DNA of 64,000 nt from an uncultured Chloroflexia bacterium (lineage in GTDB: Bacteria > Chloroflexota > Limnocylindria > QHBO01): the NCBI GenBank assembly GCA_963787025.1, contig CAWBBG010000011.1, forward strand, positions 61,862 through 125,861. Reading direction: 5' to 3'. The translations under genes and the position numbers were made by a program. Positions 10,812 through 21,200 of the stretch are shown in pieces. Under the pieces are notes generated by a model, which worked only from the letters and a program-made list of their open reading frames with translations, did no database searches and was not told the origin of the DNA. The stretch's first letter is position 1; each line of letters opens with the position of its first letter.

Positions 10812-11138
10812 ATGATGCGGCTGCGGGGTGCCGGGCGTCAAGATGAGGGCCGGCCGGCCGAGGCGCTGGCGGGCTATCGGGAGGCCCTCCACGGCTGGCA
10901 GGAGCTGGGCGCTGCGTTCGACGAGGCGCTGGCCGTCACGGACATGGCGGGGCTGCTCCCCGAGGCCGAGCGCACGGGTGCAGAGGTTCGCGCCGCCGTC
11001 GACGCCGCGCATTCCACGCTCGCACAACTCGGCGCTCGACCGATCCTCGATCGGCTCGCCAAGGTCCCGGCAGACCCACCGCCCGGCGCGAAACCAGCCC
11101 CTGGTCGACCGGGCGCGCCGGCCCCGGCGGCCCCCTGA
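10812..11138 (+). CDS. hypothetical protein; looks like the C-terminal fragment of a larger TPR/SARP-like regulator
   Basis: 108 codons with strong GC3 bias in frame; no obvious RBS; C-terminal Pro/Ala-rich tail; the upstream 5' part of ORF 10251.. is antisense to the TetR gene. Confidence 0.3.
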   Translation: MMRLRGAGRQDEGRPAEALAGYREALHGWQELGAAFDEALAVTDMAGLLPEAERTGAEVRAAVDAAHSTLAQLGARPILDRLAKVPADPPPGAKPAPGRPGAPAPAAP

Positions 11139-11178
11139 GGAGGCCGTCGAGCGCGCTGCCGCCCCCGGTCTCCTCGAT

Positions 11179-11214
11179 TGACCCTCCGGAGGGTCACTGG
11201 TAAGGTTCATCGGC
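11179..11214 (+). promoter_or_regulatory. candidate sigma-70-type promoter for rpsU (TTGACC-N17-TAAGGT)
   Basis: Hexamers seen directly about 80-115 nt upstream of the rpsU start. Confidence 0.4.
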
Positions 11215-11294
11215 TTGCGTGCATCTCGCACACGGGCGCACCGGGGTGCGCGCCGCGAGGGCACGACTACGAAGGCAGAGAGGAGGCGAGACGT

Positions 11295-11471
11295 TTGGCA
11301 GAGGTCCGCGTGGGCGAGAACGAGTCGTTCGAGAGCGCGCTGCGCCGCTTCAACAAGAAGATCCAGCAGTCGGGGATCCTGGCTGAGGCACGGCGCCGCG
11401 AGCACTACGAGAAGCCCAGCGTGAAGCGAAAGCGCAAGGAAGCCAAGAAGCGCAAGGTTTCCCGCCAGTAG
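11295..11471 (+). CDS. rpsU: 30S ribosomal protein S21
   Basis: TTG start 8 nt after AGGAGG; [27 protein letters not shown]...[10 protein letters not shown] is canonical bS21. Confidence 0.85.
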   Translation: MAEVRVGENESFESALRRFNKKIQQSGILAEARRREHYEKPSVKRKRKEAKKRKVSRQ

Positions 11472-11548
11472 CGCCAGACGCACGCCGCCAACCGGCGGAG
11501 GCCGCCATCAGACCGATGGCACCGAACTCCGCCCGCATCGGTTCAGCC

Positions 11549-12007
11549 ATGACCCTGCTCGACCGCATCGAGGACGCCATGCGCGACGCGATGAGAGCGC
11601 GCGACTCCCGTCGCACGCAGACGCTGCGCATGGCGATGGCTGCTGCCCACAACCGCAAGATCGAGCTGCGACGCGACCTGACCGATGACGAGGTCGTCGC
11701 GGTGCTGGGCCGCGAGGTGAAGCAGCGCCGGGAGTCGATCGAGGTGTACCGGGCCGCCGATCGCGAGGATCGGGCCGCCGACGAGGAGGCCGAGGCCGCC
11801 ATCCTCGCCGAGTTCCTCCCGGAGCAGCTCGACCCAGCGGAGCTGGAGTCGCTCGCCCGCTCGGTGATCGCCGAGACGGGCGCCTCGTCGCCATCGGAGA
11901 TGGGCCGGGTGATGGGCCGCCTGGTCCCGCAGGTCCGCGGCCGCGCCGATGGGCGGGTCGTCAGCGACCTCGTGAAGCGCCTCCTGTCAGAGGGAGCCGG
12001 CGCCTAG
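11549..12007 (+). CDS. yqeY: GatB/YqeY domain-containing protein
   Basis: MTLLDRIEDAMRDAMRAR... matches the YqeY N-terminus; conserved position after rpsU; an alternative start at 11516 is possible. Confidence 0.8.
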   Translation: MTLLDRIEDAMRDAMRARDSRRTQTLRMAMAAAHNRKIELRRDLTDDEVVAVLGREVKQRRESIEVYRAADREDRAADEEAEAAILAEFLPEQLDPAELESLARSVIAETGASSPSEMGRVMGRLVPQVRGRADGRVVSDLVKRLLSEGAGA

Positions 12008-12020
12008 GCGCCGGCTGGCC

Positions 12021-14150
12021 ATGTTCGTCCCCCGCACCCTCGCACAGGGAGACACTCCGCTCGGCCGGGGTCCCATTGCCCGGGCCGTGATCGTCATCGC
12101 CATCCTGACCGCGGCCCTGATGGCGATCCTGACCCTGGACCTGACACCGGGCCAGGTCACCCTGGAGGTCGGCCAGGTCGCACAGCGCGACATCATCGCG
12201 CCGCAGAAGACGCAGTTCATCAGCGAGTCCCAGACGGAGGCGGCGCGCGACCAGGCCGCGGCGAACGTCACGCCGGTCTACGCCCAGATCGCGCCGCTGC
12301 AGGACATCACCACGGCACAGCTGAAGGCCTTCGACTCACTGGTCGAACGTGTCGCGCAGCTGCTCCAGCAGCGGGACGACAAGACGATCCCCGCCGACCA
12401 GGCGATCGCCGGCATCACGCAGGCCACCGGCTCGATGCTCTCCGACGCGCAGATAGGGCAGGTTGCGGCCATGTCCCGCGTTCGATGGGCGGCGCTCACC
12501 GCAGACGCGCGCAGCGTCCTCTCCTCGGCCCAGGGCGGTCCGGTGCGTGCGGACGAGCTCGACTCTGTTCGGCAGGAGGTCCATAACGCCATCACGACCG
12601 AGCTGCCGGCGGACGACCGCACCATCGCAGGGGACCTCGCCGCCGGGTTCGTCGCCGCCAACCAGGCGGTGAGCACCGCGCTCACCGAGCAGGCTCGCCA
12701 GGCCGCCCGGAACGCGGTGGAGCCGGTCGTGGTGCCGGTCCAGAAGGGCGAGTCGATCGTTCGCGCCGGCGACCCCATCACCCCGCTGGTGATGGAGAAA
12801 CTGGACCAGTTCGGCCTCACCCGGCCACGCTTCGTTCTTGAGACCATCATCGGCAACGGCCTGCTGGCGCTGCTGCTCTCCGTGCTGCTGGTCGTCTTCC
12901 TGTGGCGCTTCCAGCCGGCCATCTGGCATCGGAACCGATCGCTCCTGCTCTTCTTCCTGACCCTGATGGTCAGCGCCATCGCCATCCGGGTGGCCGGTGA
13001 TCGGTCGATCTGGACCTACGCGGTGCCGACCTCGGCGACCGTTCTCCTGGTGGGCATCCTGCTCGAGGGCTACGCGGGAGCGGCCATGGCCGCTGCGCTC
13101 GCGGTGCTCGCCGGCATCGTCAACCCCAACGGTCTCGAGCCGGCCGTGTACGTCATGGCGGGCGGGATGACCGCGCTGCTGGCCATGGTCCGAGCCGAGC
13201 GGCTGAACGCGTTCCTGCGCGCCGGCCTTTTCCTGGCGGTCACCAACGTCCTGGTCGTGACGGCCTTCGGCCTGCTGGAGCAGACCGACGTGACCGGCAT
13301 CGGGCAGCTCGCCGGTGCCGGCCTGGTCAACGCGTTCCTGTCGGTGGTGCTCGCGGTGGGCTCGTTCGCCATGCTCGGGAACCTGTTCGGGATCATGACC
13401 GTCTTCCAGCTCCTCGAGCTCGCCAACCCGTCGAACCGTCTCCTGCGCCGGCTGCTCCTCGAGACGCCCGGCACGTACCACCACGCGGTCATGGTCGGCA
13501 ACCTCGGCGAGCGAGCCGCCGAGACGATCGGCGCGGATCCGCTCCTCGTGCGGGTGGCAGCCTATTACCACGACATCGGCAAGATGAAGAACCCGCTGGC
13601 CTTCATCGAGAACCAGGCGGGTGCGCGCAACGTCCACGACGATCTCGATGCGGAGACGAGCGCCCGGATCATCGCCGCCCATATCCGCGACGGGATCGAC
13701 CTCGGGTACGAGAACGGGCTCCCGGTGCAGATCATCGGCTTCATCCCGCAGCACCACGGGACGAGCGTCATGAGCTACTTCTACGGGAAGGCCGTTCGCG
13801 AGGCGGGCGGTGACTCGGATGCGGTGAGCAAGGACACGTTCCGGTACCCCGGTCCCAAGCCGCAGAGTCGGGAGGCCGCGATCCTGATGCTCTCCGACGG
13901 GGTGGAGGCGTCCGTGCGGTCGCTCGACAACAAGGACGAGCCGTCCATCCGGGCCATGGTGGACGGCATCGTGGACGCCCGGATCGAGGACGGGCAGCTC
14001 GACGACGCGGAGCTGACCCTGCGCAACATCGCGCAGATCAAGGAGGCGTTCGTCCAGCAGCTGCTCGGCATGTACCACAGCCGGATCAAGTACCCGGACA
14101 ACGTCCTGCCCCTCGAGCGCCGCGAGGCGGGGAAGGGCCAGGGGGCCTGA
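12021..14150 (+). CDS. pgpH: 7TM-receptor / HD-domain phosphohydrolase (PgpH-like cyclic-di-AMP phosphodiesterase)
   Basis: 709 aa; N-terminal extracellular domain, 7 TM helices, C-terminal HD domain (HHA..., YYHDIGKM); conserved yqeY-pgpH-ybeY synteny. Confidence 0.85.
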   Translation: MFVPRTLAQGDTPLGRGPIARAVIVIAILTAALMAILTLDLTPGQVTLEVGQVAQRDIIAPQKTQFISESQTEAARDQAAANVTPVYAQIAPLQDITTAQLKAFDSLVERVAQLLQQRDDKTIPADQAIAGITQATGSMLSDAQIGQVAAMSRVRWAALTADARSVLSSAQGGPVRADELDSVRQEVHNAITTELPADDRTIAGDLAAGFVAANQAVSTALTEQARQAARNAVEPVVVPVQKGESIVRAGDPITPLVMEKLDQFGLTRPRFVLETIIGNGLLALLLSVLLVVFLWRFQPAIWHRNRSLLLFFLTLMVSAIAIRVAGDRSIWTYAVPTSATVLLVGILLEGYAGAAMAAALAVLAGIVNPNGLEPAVYVMAGGMTALLAMVRAERLNAFLRAGLFLAVTNVLVVTAFGLLEQTDVTGIGQLAGAGLVNAFLSVVLAVGSFAMLGNLFGIMTVFQLLELANPSNRLLRRLLLETPGTYHHAVMVGNLGERAAETIGADPLLVRVAAYYHDIGKMKNPLAFIENQAGARNVHDDLDAETSARIIAAHIRDGIDLGYENGLPVQIIGFIPQHHGTSVMSYFYGKAVREAGGDSDAVSKDTFRYPGPKPQSREAAILMLSDGVEASVRSLDNKDEPSIRAMVDGIVDARIEDGQLDDAELTLRNIAQIKEAFVQQLLGMYHSRIKYPDNVLPLERREAGKGQGA

Positions 14151-14207
14151 GCGAGGCGTCCCTGCGCCATCCGCGCGGACCTTGACCCCGGGCGAGAGGC
14201 GCCTACG

Positions 14208-14804
14208 ATGATCGAAGCCATGAGCTGCTCGATCAGGTTCCATGATCGCGTTGGGCGGGAGCGGCTTGCGGCTGCGTGCGAGCCGGTCGCGGTGGACGAC
14301 GCCCTCGCCCTCCTCGAGTCAGCCGTCGTGGGGACGGCCGGCCTTGGCCTGGAGGAACAGGCATGCGAGGTTGAGGTGAGCCTGGTTGCAGACGCCGAGA
14401 TGACGCGGCTCAACTTCGATCACATGGGCGAGCGCGGACCCACCGACGTCCTCTCCTTCCCGCTCCATACCTGGACCATCGAGAAGGGGCGGTCGACGCT
14501 CGCCGACGACGACATCTCCCCGCCCGGCGCACTGCTGCTGGGTGACGTGGTGCTCGACCTGGACCAGGCGGTGCGCCAGGCGGTCGGCGGCGACTGGAGC
14601 GTGCTCGAGGAACTGGTGCTGCTCACCATCCACGGCACCCTCCACCTGCTCGGCCACGACCACGCCGATCTCGACGAGGAGCAGGCGATGCGGGCGCTGG
14701 AGCGCCAGGTGCTGAGCGGCCTCCACAGGTCTCACCGGGAGGTGGCCTGGCGTCCCGGGTCGCTGTTCGACCGCGACGGCCACGCCGCGCGCTCGGGGAG
14801 CTAG
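14208..14804 (+). CDS. ybeY: rRNA maturation endoribonuclease YbeY
   Basis: TDVLSFP and HGTLHLLGHDH zinc motif. Confidence 0.85.
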   Translation: MIEAMSCSIRFHDRVGRERLAAACEPVAVDDALALLESAVVGTAGLGLEEQACEVEVSLVADAEMTRLNFDHMGERGPTDVLSFPLHTWTIEKGRSTLADDDISPPGALLLGDVVLDLDQAVRQAVGGDWSVLEELVLLTIHGTLHLLGHDHADLDEEQAMRALERQVLSGLHRSHREVAWRPGSLFDRDGHAARSGS

Positions 14805-14847
14805 TCCACCACCCAGGGCACGGGGACCCCCGGAGCGGACGCCATCC

Positions 14848-14982
14848 TCAGGCGGCCCGCGGCGCCGCCTCCAGCGGCCTCGGCTCGGGTGCTGCGACGG
14901 CAGCGACCGGCGGTCGCTCCGCGGATGGGGCCACGACCCACGCAGCGAGCAGCAGCCCGAAGGTGAGCAGTGCGGCGATGAC
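14848..14982 (-). CDS. hypothetical small hydrophobic peptide (44 aa) downstream of amt
   Basis: AAGGAG RBS 8 nt upstream of the ATG; one predicted TM helix (MVIAALLTFGLLLAAWVV); co-directional with amt, 52 nt after its stop. Confidence 0.3.
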   Translation of the reverse strand, partial: VIAALLTFGLLLAAWVVAPSAERPPVAAVAAPEPRPLEAAPRAA

Positions 14983-15034
14983 CATGTCGGCGTCTCCTTT
15001 CCTGGGTTCCGGTGGTGTCGCGGGACCGCGGGCG

Positions 15035-16279
15035 TCAGAGCTGGTAGGCGACCTCCCCGTGCTGCGCGAGGTCGAGACCCGTCTCCTCGTCCGCACTCGG
15101 AACGCGGACGGGTACCACGAGGTTGATCGCGAACAGGATTCCGGCGGTGGCGATGGCCGCATAGGCCGCCACGGCCCCCGCGGCCACGAGCTGGACGACC
15201 AGCTGGCCGGGTGCCCCCGCCAGCAGACCGTCGCCACCTGCCGCATTGACCGCGACCGTCGCGAACACGCCGGTCGCCACCGCGCCAAAGGCGCCGCCCA
15301 CGCCATGAATGGCGAAGACATCGAGGGCGTCGTCGACCCGCGAACGCAGGCGAAGCTGGGTCGCGCCGTAGCAGACCACGGCGACGCCGAACCCGATGAG
15401 GATCGCGGCGGCGGGAGTCACGAACCCGGCCGCGGGGGTGATCGCCACCAGGCCGGCCACGGCGCCCACCGCAGCGCCCAGGACGGATGGCGTTCCGCGG
15501 TGGAGCCACGAGATGGTCACCCAGGTGAGCGCCGCCATTGCAGCGGCCGTGTTGGTGGTGACCAGGGCAACCGCCGCGACCCCGTCGGCCGCGAGGGCGC
15601 TGCCTGCGTTGAAGCCGAACCATCCGAACCACAGGAGCCCGGCCCCCAGCACCGTCATCGTCACGTCATGCGGCTCCGTCGTGCGCTCGACGAGCCCCAG
15701 CCGCCTCCCCACGATCAGCGCCGCTACCAGCGCGGAGACCCCGGACGAGAGATGGACCACGGTCCCGCCCGCGAAGTCCAGCACGCCCAGGTGCGCGAGC
15801 CAGCCGTCCGGGGACCAGACCCAGTGCGCGATCGGCGCGTAGACCAGCGTGGCCCAGGCGACGCTGAAGAGGACGAAGGCCTTGAAGCGCTTGCGCTCGG
15901 CGAAGGCGCCGGTGATGAGGGCCGGGGTGATGATGGCGAACATCATCTGGAAGGCCATGAACGCGAGATGGGGGACGGTGGGCGCGTAGACCGTGCTGGG
16001 CGCGCCGGTCACGCCGGTGAGGCCCACCCAGTCGAGCCCGCCGATGAGCCCCATCCCGGTGTCAGGCCCGAACGCCAGCGAGTAGCCCCACAGGACCCAG
16101 GTGACGCTCACCAGGGCCAGGATGAAGAGGCTGTGCATGATCGTGGAGAGGACGTTCTTGCGGCGGACGAGGCCGCCATAGAAGAAGGCGAGCCCGGGCG
16201 TCATGAGCATCACCAGCGCGGTGGAGACCAGGAGCCAGGCGGTGTTGCCGGTGTCGATCGGATTCGTCGCGGGTCCCAT
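15035..16279 (-). CDS. amt: ammonium transporter
   Basis: 414 aa; Amt/MEP family over the full length (FFYGGLVRRKN, 11 TM). Confidence 0.9.
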   Translation of the reverse strand: MGPATNPIDTGNTAWLLVSTALVMLMTPGLAFFYGGLVRRKNVLSTIMHSLFILALVSVTWVLWGYSLAFGPDTGMGLIGGLDWVGLTGVTGAPSTVYAPTVPHLAFMAFQMMFAIITPALITGAFAERKRFKAFVLFSVAWATLVYAPIAHWVWSPDGWLAHLGVLDFAGGTVVHLSSGVSALVAALIVGRRLGLVERTTEPHDVTMTVLGAGLLWFGWFGFNAGSALAADGVAAVALVTTNTAAAMAALTWVTISWLHRGTPSVLGAAVGAVAGLVAITPAAGFVTPAAAILIGFGVAVVCYGATQLRLRSRVDDALDVFAIHGVGGAFGAVATGVFATVAVNAAGGDGLLAGAPGQLVVQLVAAGAVAAYAAIATAGILFAINLVVPVRVPSADEETGLDLAQHGEVAYQL

Positions 16280-16370
16280 TCCATCTCGCTGCGCTGCGGT
16301 TGTGCAGTGAGCCTATGGGCCGATAGCTCCCGGGCCTAGCCGCCTGGCAGCCGGCCGGGCGCCGGAGATT

Positions 16371-16385
16371 TGTGCACAGTGCACA
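16371..16385. promoter_or_regulatory. near-perfect palindrome TGTGCACAGTGCACA about 95 nt upstream of amt; a related half-site TGTGCAGTGA lies at ~16301-16310
   Basis: Inverted repeat TGTGCAC/GTGCACA seen directly; CRP/FNR/NtcA-like TGTG...CACA architecture. Confidence 0.35.
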
Positions 16386-16446
16386 GGTCGTGCTGCGCCG
16401 CGCTGCTGGAGCACGCCCCCGGCCAGCGTCCCGATCTCGCCCCCGA

Positions 16447-17604
16447 TCACCGGGCCGTTGCCGGAGGGGAGCGATCCACGCGCAGGCCCGGCGGGATCGG
16501 TTCGGTGCTCCCGGCGAGGATCGCCTCCGCCGCGATGCGCGCCGTCGCGGGGCCGCAGGAGATCCCCCACGGGCCATGACCGGCGGCAAGGAAGAGGCCC
16601 TCGATGCCGGGGAGTGGCCCGATGAACGGCCGGCCGTCGATCGACTGCGGCCGGGCGCAGGCGCGCGTGCCACCGATTGTCGCCTCCCGCAGCGCGGGCA
16701 GATAGCGGATCCCGCGTTCCACGAGGATCGGGCCCAGGGCGCGGTGGTCGGGCTGCTGGCCCAGGAAGGTGGAGCCGATGGTCGCCACTCCTGCCGCCGC
16801 GGCAAGGGTGAAGAGGCTGGCGATCGCCTCGGGCCAGGGGGGCGGGGCAGACCCGTCCACGGCCTCCACCGGCCGGTTGACCGCCTCGACCCGGGCCTCC
16901 TCGACGATGTGCCGCGGCGGGCGGGCCATGGTCAGCTGCGCGGTGGCGCCCCAGGTTGCCACGATCGGGCGCCAGTCTCCGCTGGGATCGACAAGGTAGG
17001 GGCTCCATGGGCCGGCGGCCACCAGGACCCGATCGGCGGCGAGGTGGCGGCCGCCCTCGACGATCACTCCGGTCACGCGACCAAGCTCCACGGCCGGAAC
17101 GCCTGCCCGTCCGATCTCGACGCGTGCACCGGCGGCGCGGGCCCGCTCCGCCATGGCCGTGGTGGCGGCGTGCGGCGGGACGGGATAGCCGGTCGCCAGC
17201 CGCAGCGACCACAGGTCGTCCGCCAGGTCCGGCTCCAGCGACCGGGTCTGGCGCGGCGCCAGGAGGTGGGGATCCAGCTCCGGCATGGTCGCCAGGCGCG
17301 CGGCCTCAGCGTCGAGCACCGACCGGTCCGGCGCGAGCAGCAGCAGCCCGACCGGCTCGGCGGGGAACGAGAACCCGGCTGCGGCCCCCGTCATCTCGCG
17401 GTAGATCGCGACGGTCTCTTCGTGGAGCGCAACAAGCTCCGGATCCAGGGGGTGCTGGACGGCTCCCAGGTTGCGTCCCGAAGCGCCGGCGCCGATCCCC
17501 GTGCGTTCCACGAGCGTGACTGATGCCCCGCGCTCCGCCAGGAACGCGGCGGCGGAGGTCCCCACGATCCCGCCGCCGATGACCACGATCTCGCTGCCCG
17601 GCAT
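16447..17604 (-). CDS. FAD-dependent oxidoreductase (DAO / glycine-oxidase-like family)
   Basis: N-terminal Rossmann fold IVVIGGGIVGTSAA; DAO-family C-terminus. Confidence 0.8.
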   Translation of the reverse strand: MPGSEIVVIGGGIVGTSAAAFLAERGASVTLVERTGIGAGASGRNLGAVQHPLDPELVALHEETVAIYREMTGAAAGFSFPAEPVGLLLLAPDRSVLDAEAARLATMPELDPHLLAPRQTRSLEPDLADDLWSLRLATGYPVPPHAATTAMAERARAAGARVEIGRAGVPAVELGRVTGVIVEGGRHLAADRVLVAAGPWSPYLVDPSGDWRPIVATWGATAQLTMARPPRHIVEEARVEAVNRPVEAVDGSAPPPWPEAIASLFTLAAAAGVATIGSTFLGQQPDHRALGPILVERGIRYLPALREATIGGTRACARPQSIDGRPFIGPLPGIEGLFLAAGHGPWGISCGPATARIAAEAILAGSTEPIPPGLRVDRSPPATAR

Positions 17605-17664
17605 GCAGCGCAGGATACGGCGGGACCGGGGGTGGTGCCCGAACCGCTACCATCGCGGATGGAC

Positions 17665-18252
17665 ATGAAGGTCATCTGCGGTCTCGGGAACCCGGGCGAT
17701 CGGTACCGTCTCACGCGCCACAACGTCGGCTTTCGCGTCGTCGATCTCCTCGCCGACCGATGGGGCCAGACGGGGAAGGGTCGTGTCCGCGATGGGGCCG
17801 CGGTGCTCGAGGTGCGCGTTCCCGAGCCGCTCGGCCCGGTCCTGCTGGTCAAGCCGATGCGCTGGATGAACGGTTCCGGTGCACCCCTGCGCTCCGCGCT
17901 GCGCAACACCGCGGCGGAGACCGGCGCCGATCTGCTGGTCGTCGCCGACGACATCGATCTGCCGCTGGGCCGGATCCGGATGCGGCGCGCCGGCTCCGCG
18001 GGCGGGCACAACGGGCTGCGCGACATCATCGCCGCCCTGGGCACCAACGAGTTCGCGCGACTGCGGGTCGGGATCGGCCGCAGCGGCGAGGCGGTCGACC
18101 ACGTGCTCGCCACCTTTCGGTCCGCGGAGCGCAGCCTCGCCGACGAGGCGATCGCCGCGGCCGCCGACGCCGCAGAGCACTGGCTTCGCGATGGCGTCGA
18201 GGACGCGATGAACGCGTACAACGGCCTCGACCTGGCCGAGCCGCCGGCGTGA
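17665..18252 (+). CDS. pth: peptidyl-tRNA hydrolase
   Basis: MKVICGLGNPG, HNVGF, GHNGLRD motifs; the upstream part of ORF 17632.. is unlikely to be coding. Confidence 0.85.
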   Translation: MKVICGLGNPGDRYRLTRHNVGFRVVDLLADRWGQTGKGRVRDGAAVLEVRVPEPLGPVLLVKPMRWMNGSGAPLRSALRNTAAETGADLLVVADDIDLPLGRIRMRRAGSAGGHNGLRDIIAALGTNEFARLRVGIGRSGEAVDHVLATFRSAERSLADEAIAAAADAAEHWLRDGVEDAMNAYNGLDLAEPPA

Positions 18253-21200
18253 CCGTCGGTTCCCCCGAGCGCACGCGACCGCGGTCCGCCCGCGGCGGCG
18301 CCGACCGGCGGGTGGCGGTGATCACGCCACCGCTGGCCGACTCCATCGCGGCGAGCGTGCAGGACCTGACCGCGCGGGTCCCGGCCAGTGCCTGGGCGGC
18401 GCACCTGGCAGCGCGCCGTCGGCGCCTCCCGCAGGGCACCCCGCTGGTGGTCATCGTCCGAAACGACGAGGAGGCTCATCGCCTCGCGGACGACCTTGCC
18501 GCGTGGCAGACCATGGGCCACGCGCTGGTCCTTCCGGAGCGAGCCGCGCTCCCGCTGGAACGGGCGCTTCCCGAGCACGAGGAGTCCGCCGAGCGGCTGC
18601 GCGTCCTTGCCGAGCTGGGCGGTCGCTCGCGCGACCTGATCGTCGTGGCGCCGCTGCTCGCCATCGTGCAGCGGACCATCTCACCCGACCAGCTGCGTTC
18701 CGCTCGCCTCGTGCTGCGCGTCGGCGAGCGCGTCGCACAGCGTGGCCTGCTGACCGCGCTGGTCGCCGGTGGGTATGAGCCGGTGGTCGAGGTCAGCGGC
18801 GTGGGGGAGTTCGCGAACCGCGGCGGGCTTGTCGACATCTGGCCGCCGGGAAGCCCGGAGCCGCTGCGCATCGAGCTGTTCGGGGACGAGCTGGAGTCGC
18901 TTCGCGCCTTCGACCCGATGACGCAGGCGAGTCGCCGGCGCCTGGAGCAGGCGTCGGTCCTCCCCGCGAGCGAGTTCCTTCCGTCCGAAGGCTTCGCGAC
19001 GCTGGGGACGCGGATGCCCGCCGGATCGGGTACCTCGCCGGCGCTCGCCGATGATCTCACCCGGCTGGAGCTGGGCGACACCGGCGAGGCGGCGGAGACC
19101 TGGGCCGCGCTCCTGACCGCAGGACCCGCGCTCGACCACCTGCCGACCGGTTGCCACCTGGTGCTCACCGATCCCGATGAGCTGACCTCCATCGCCGCGG
19201 ACCTCGACCGGCAGGCCGCGGAGCGCAGGGACGGCCTCGTCGCCTCCGGGGAGCTGCCGGCGACCTGGCCGCTCCCGTTCACCGCGGCGGCCACCCTCGC
19301 GGCCGCCGAAGGCCGGGCGGCGGAACGACTGGGCGAGCAGGGCACCGAGGACCTGGGGTACGGCGCGGCGCCGGTGGTCCCCGGGCGCATCGAGCGACTC
19401 GCGGACTGGGTGGTGGCGCTGGCGGACGGCGGCCGCTCGCTGGTGATCACGACCGACCAGGCCAGCCGGGTGGGGGAGCTGCTCGAGGAGGCGGGGAGGC
19501 CGGTGAGCGCGGTGGCCGAGCTGCGCGAGCACCCGGCGCCGGGGGCCATCGGCCTCGTGCACGGGTCCCTGTCCGGCGGGCTTCACCCACGCGCCGTCCG
19601 ACCTGCTGGTCCTCACCGACCGTGAGCTGTTCGGCGCCATCCGCGTCCGGCGGCTGACGCCGGCCAAGAAGGTGGTCACTCGCGACCTCATCGGGAAGCT
19701 TTCGCCAGGCGACATGGTGGTCCACGTCGACCACGGCGTGGCGCGTTACGTGGGGATGACCCAGCGCGAGTACTCCGGCGCGGTGAAGGAGTACCTCCAG
19801 CTCGACTTCGCCGGCGACGGCAAGATCTTCCTGCCCTCCGACCAGATCGGGCGGATCACGCGGTACGCCGGCGGCCCGGCGCCCACGCTCTCGAAGCTGG
19901 GCGGGACCGAGTGGGAGCGGACCAAGCGGCGGGTGGCGCGGGCGGTGAACGATCTGGCACGCGAGCTCCTCGAGATCTACGCGGCGCGGGAGTCCGCCCA
20001 GGGGTTCTCGTTCAGCGCGGACACGACATGGCAGCGTGAGCTGGAGGAGGCGTTTCCGTACACCGAGACCCCCGACCAGGCGCGCACCATCGAGGAGGTC
20101 AAGGCAGACATGCTCCGCCGCCGGCCGATGGACCGCCTGGTGTGCGGCGACGTGGGGTACGGCAAGACGGAGGTCGCGCTGCGGGCGGCGTTCAAGGCGG
20201 TCCAGGACGGCAGGCAGGTCGCCGTGCTGGTGCCGACCACGGTGCTGGCCCAGCAGCACGAGCTCACCTTCCAGCGACGCCTCGCACCCTTCCCGGTGCG
20301 GGTCGAGATGCTCAGCCGCTTCGTGTCGAAGAAGCGCCAGGGCGAGATCGTCGAGGCTGTCGCGCGACGGCAGCGTCGACATCCTGATCGGCACGCACCG
20401 CATCCTCTCCCAGGACGTCCGCTTCGCCGACCTGGGGCTGCTGGTCGTCGACGAGGAGCAGCGCTTCGGCGTCAGCCACAAGGAGCGGATCAAGAACCTG
20501 CGCCGCGAGGTCGACGTGCTGACCCTGTCCGCCACGCCCATCCCGCGCACGCTGCACCTGTCGCTGGTCGGGCATCCGCGACCTCTCGGTGATCGAGACG
20601 CCGCCGGAGGCACGCGCTGCCGATCCAGACCCGCATCGCGGAGGACGACGACGGGCTGGTCCGCGACGCGATCAACCGCGAGCTGGACCGCGGCGGGCAG
20701 GTCTTCTTCGTCCACAACCGGGTCGACACCATCGAGGCGGCGGCGGCGCGGGTTCGCCGCCTGGTCCCCCGCGCGCGGGTCGCCATCGGTCACGGGCAGA
20801 TGGCGGAGGGGATGCTCGAGCGGGTCATGCTCGACTTCGCCGCCGGGCAGTTCGACGTGCTGGTCTGCACCACGATCATCGAGTCCGGCCTGGACATCCC
20901 CAACGCCAACACCATCATCATCAACCGCGCCGACACGTTCGGCCTGGCGCAGCTCTACCAGCTGCGCGGTCGGGTGGGCCGGTCCGACCGGCGCGCCTAC
21001 GCCTACCTGCTCCATCGTCGCGGGACGCCGCTCTCGCCTGATCGCACGCAAGCGGCTGCACGCCATCTTCAGCGCCTCCGACCTGGGGGCCGGCTACCAG
21101 ATCGCCCTGCTCCGACCTCGAGATCCGCGGCGCCGGCAACATCCTGGGCGCCGGAGCAGCACGGGCACATGGCGGCGGTCGGCTTCGAGCTGTACACCCG

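Noticed and set aside
17760-18249. 5' part of ORF 17760..19625 overlapping pth in another frame
   Set aside because: No Mfd homology before about 18249; the Arg-rich segment is an open-frame artefact, and the GTG at 18249 abutting the pth stop is the likelier mfd start
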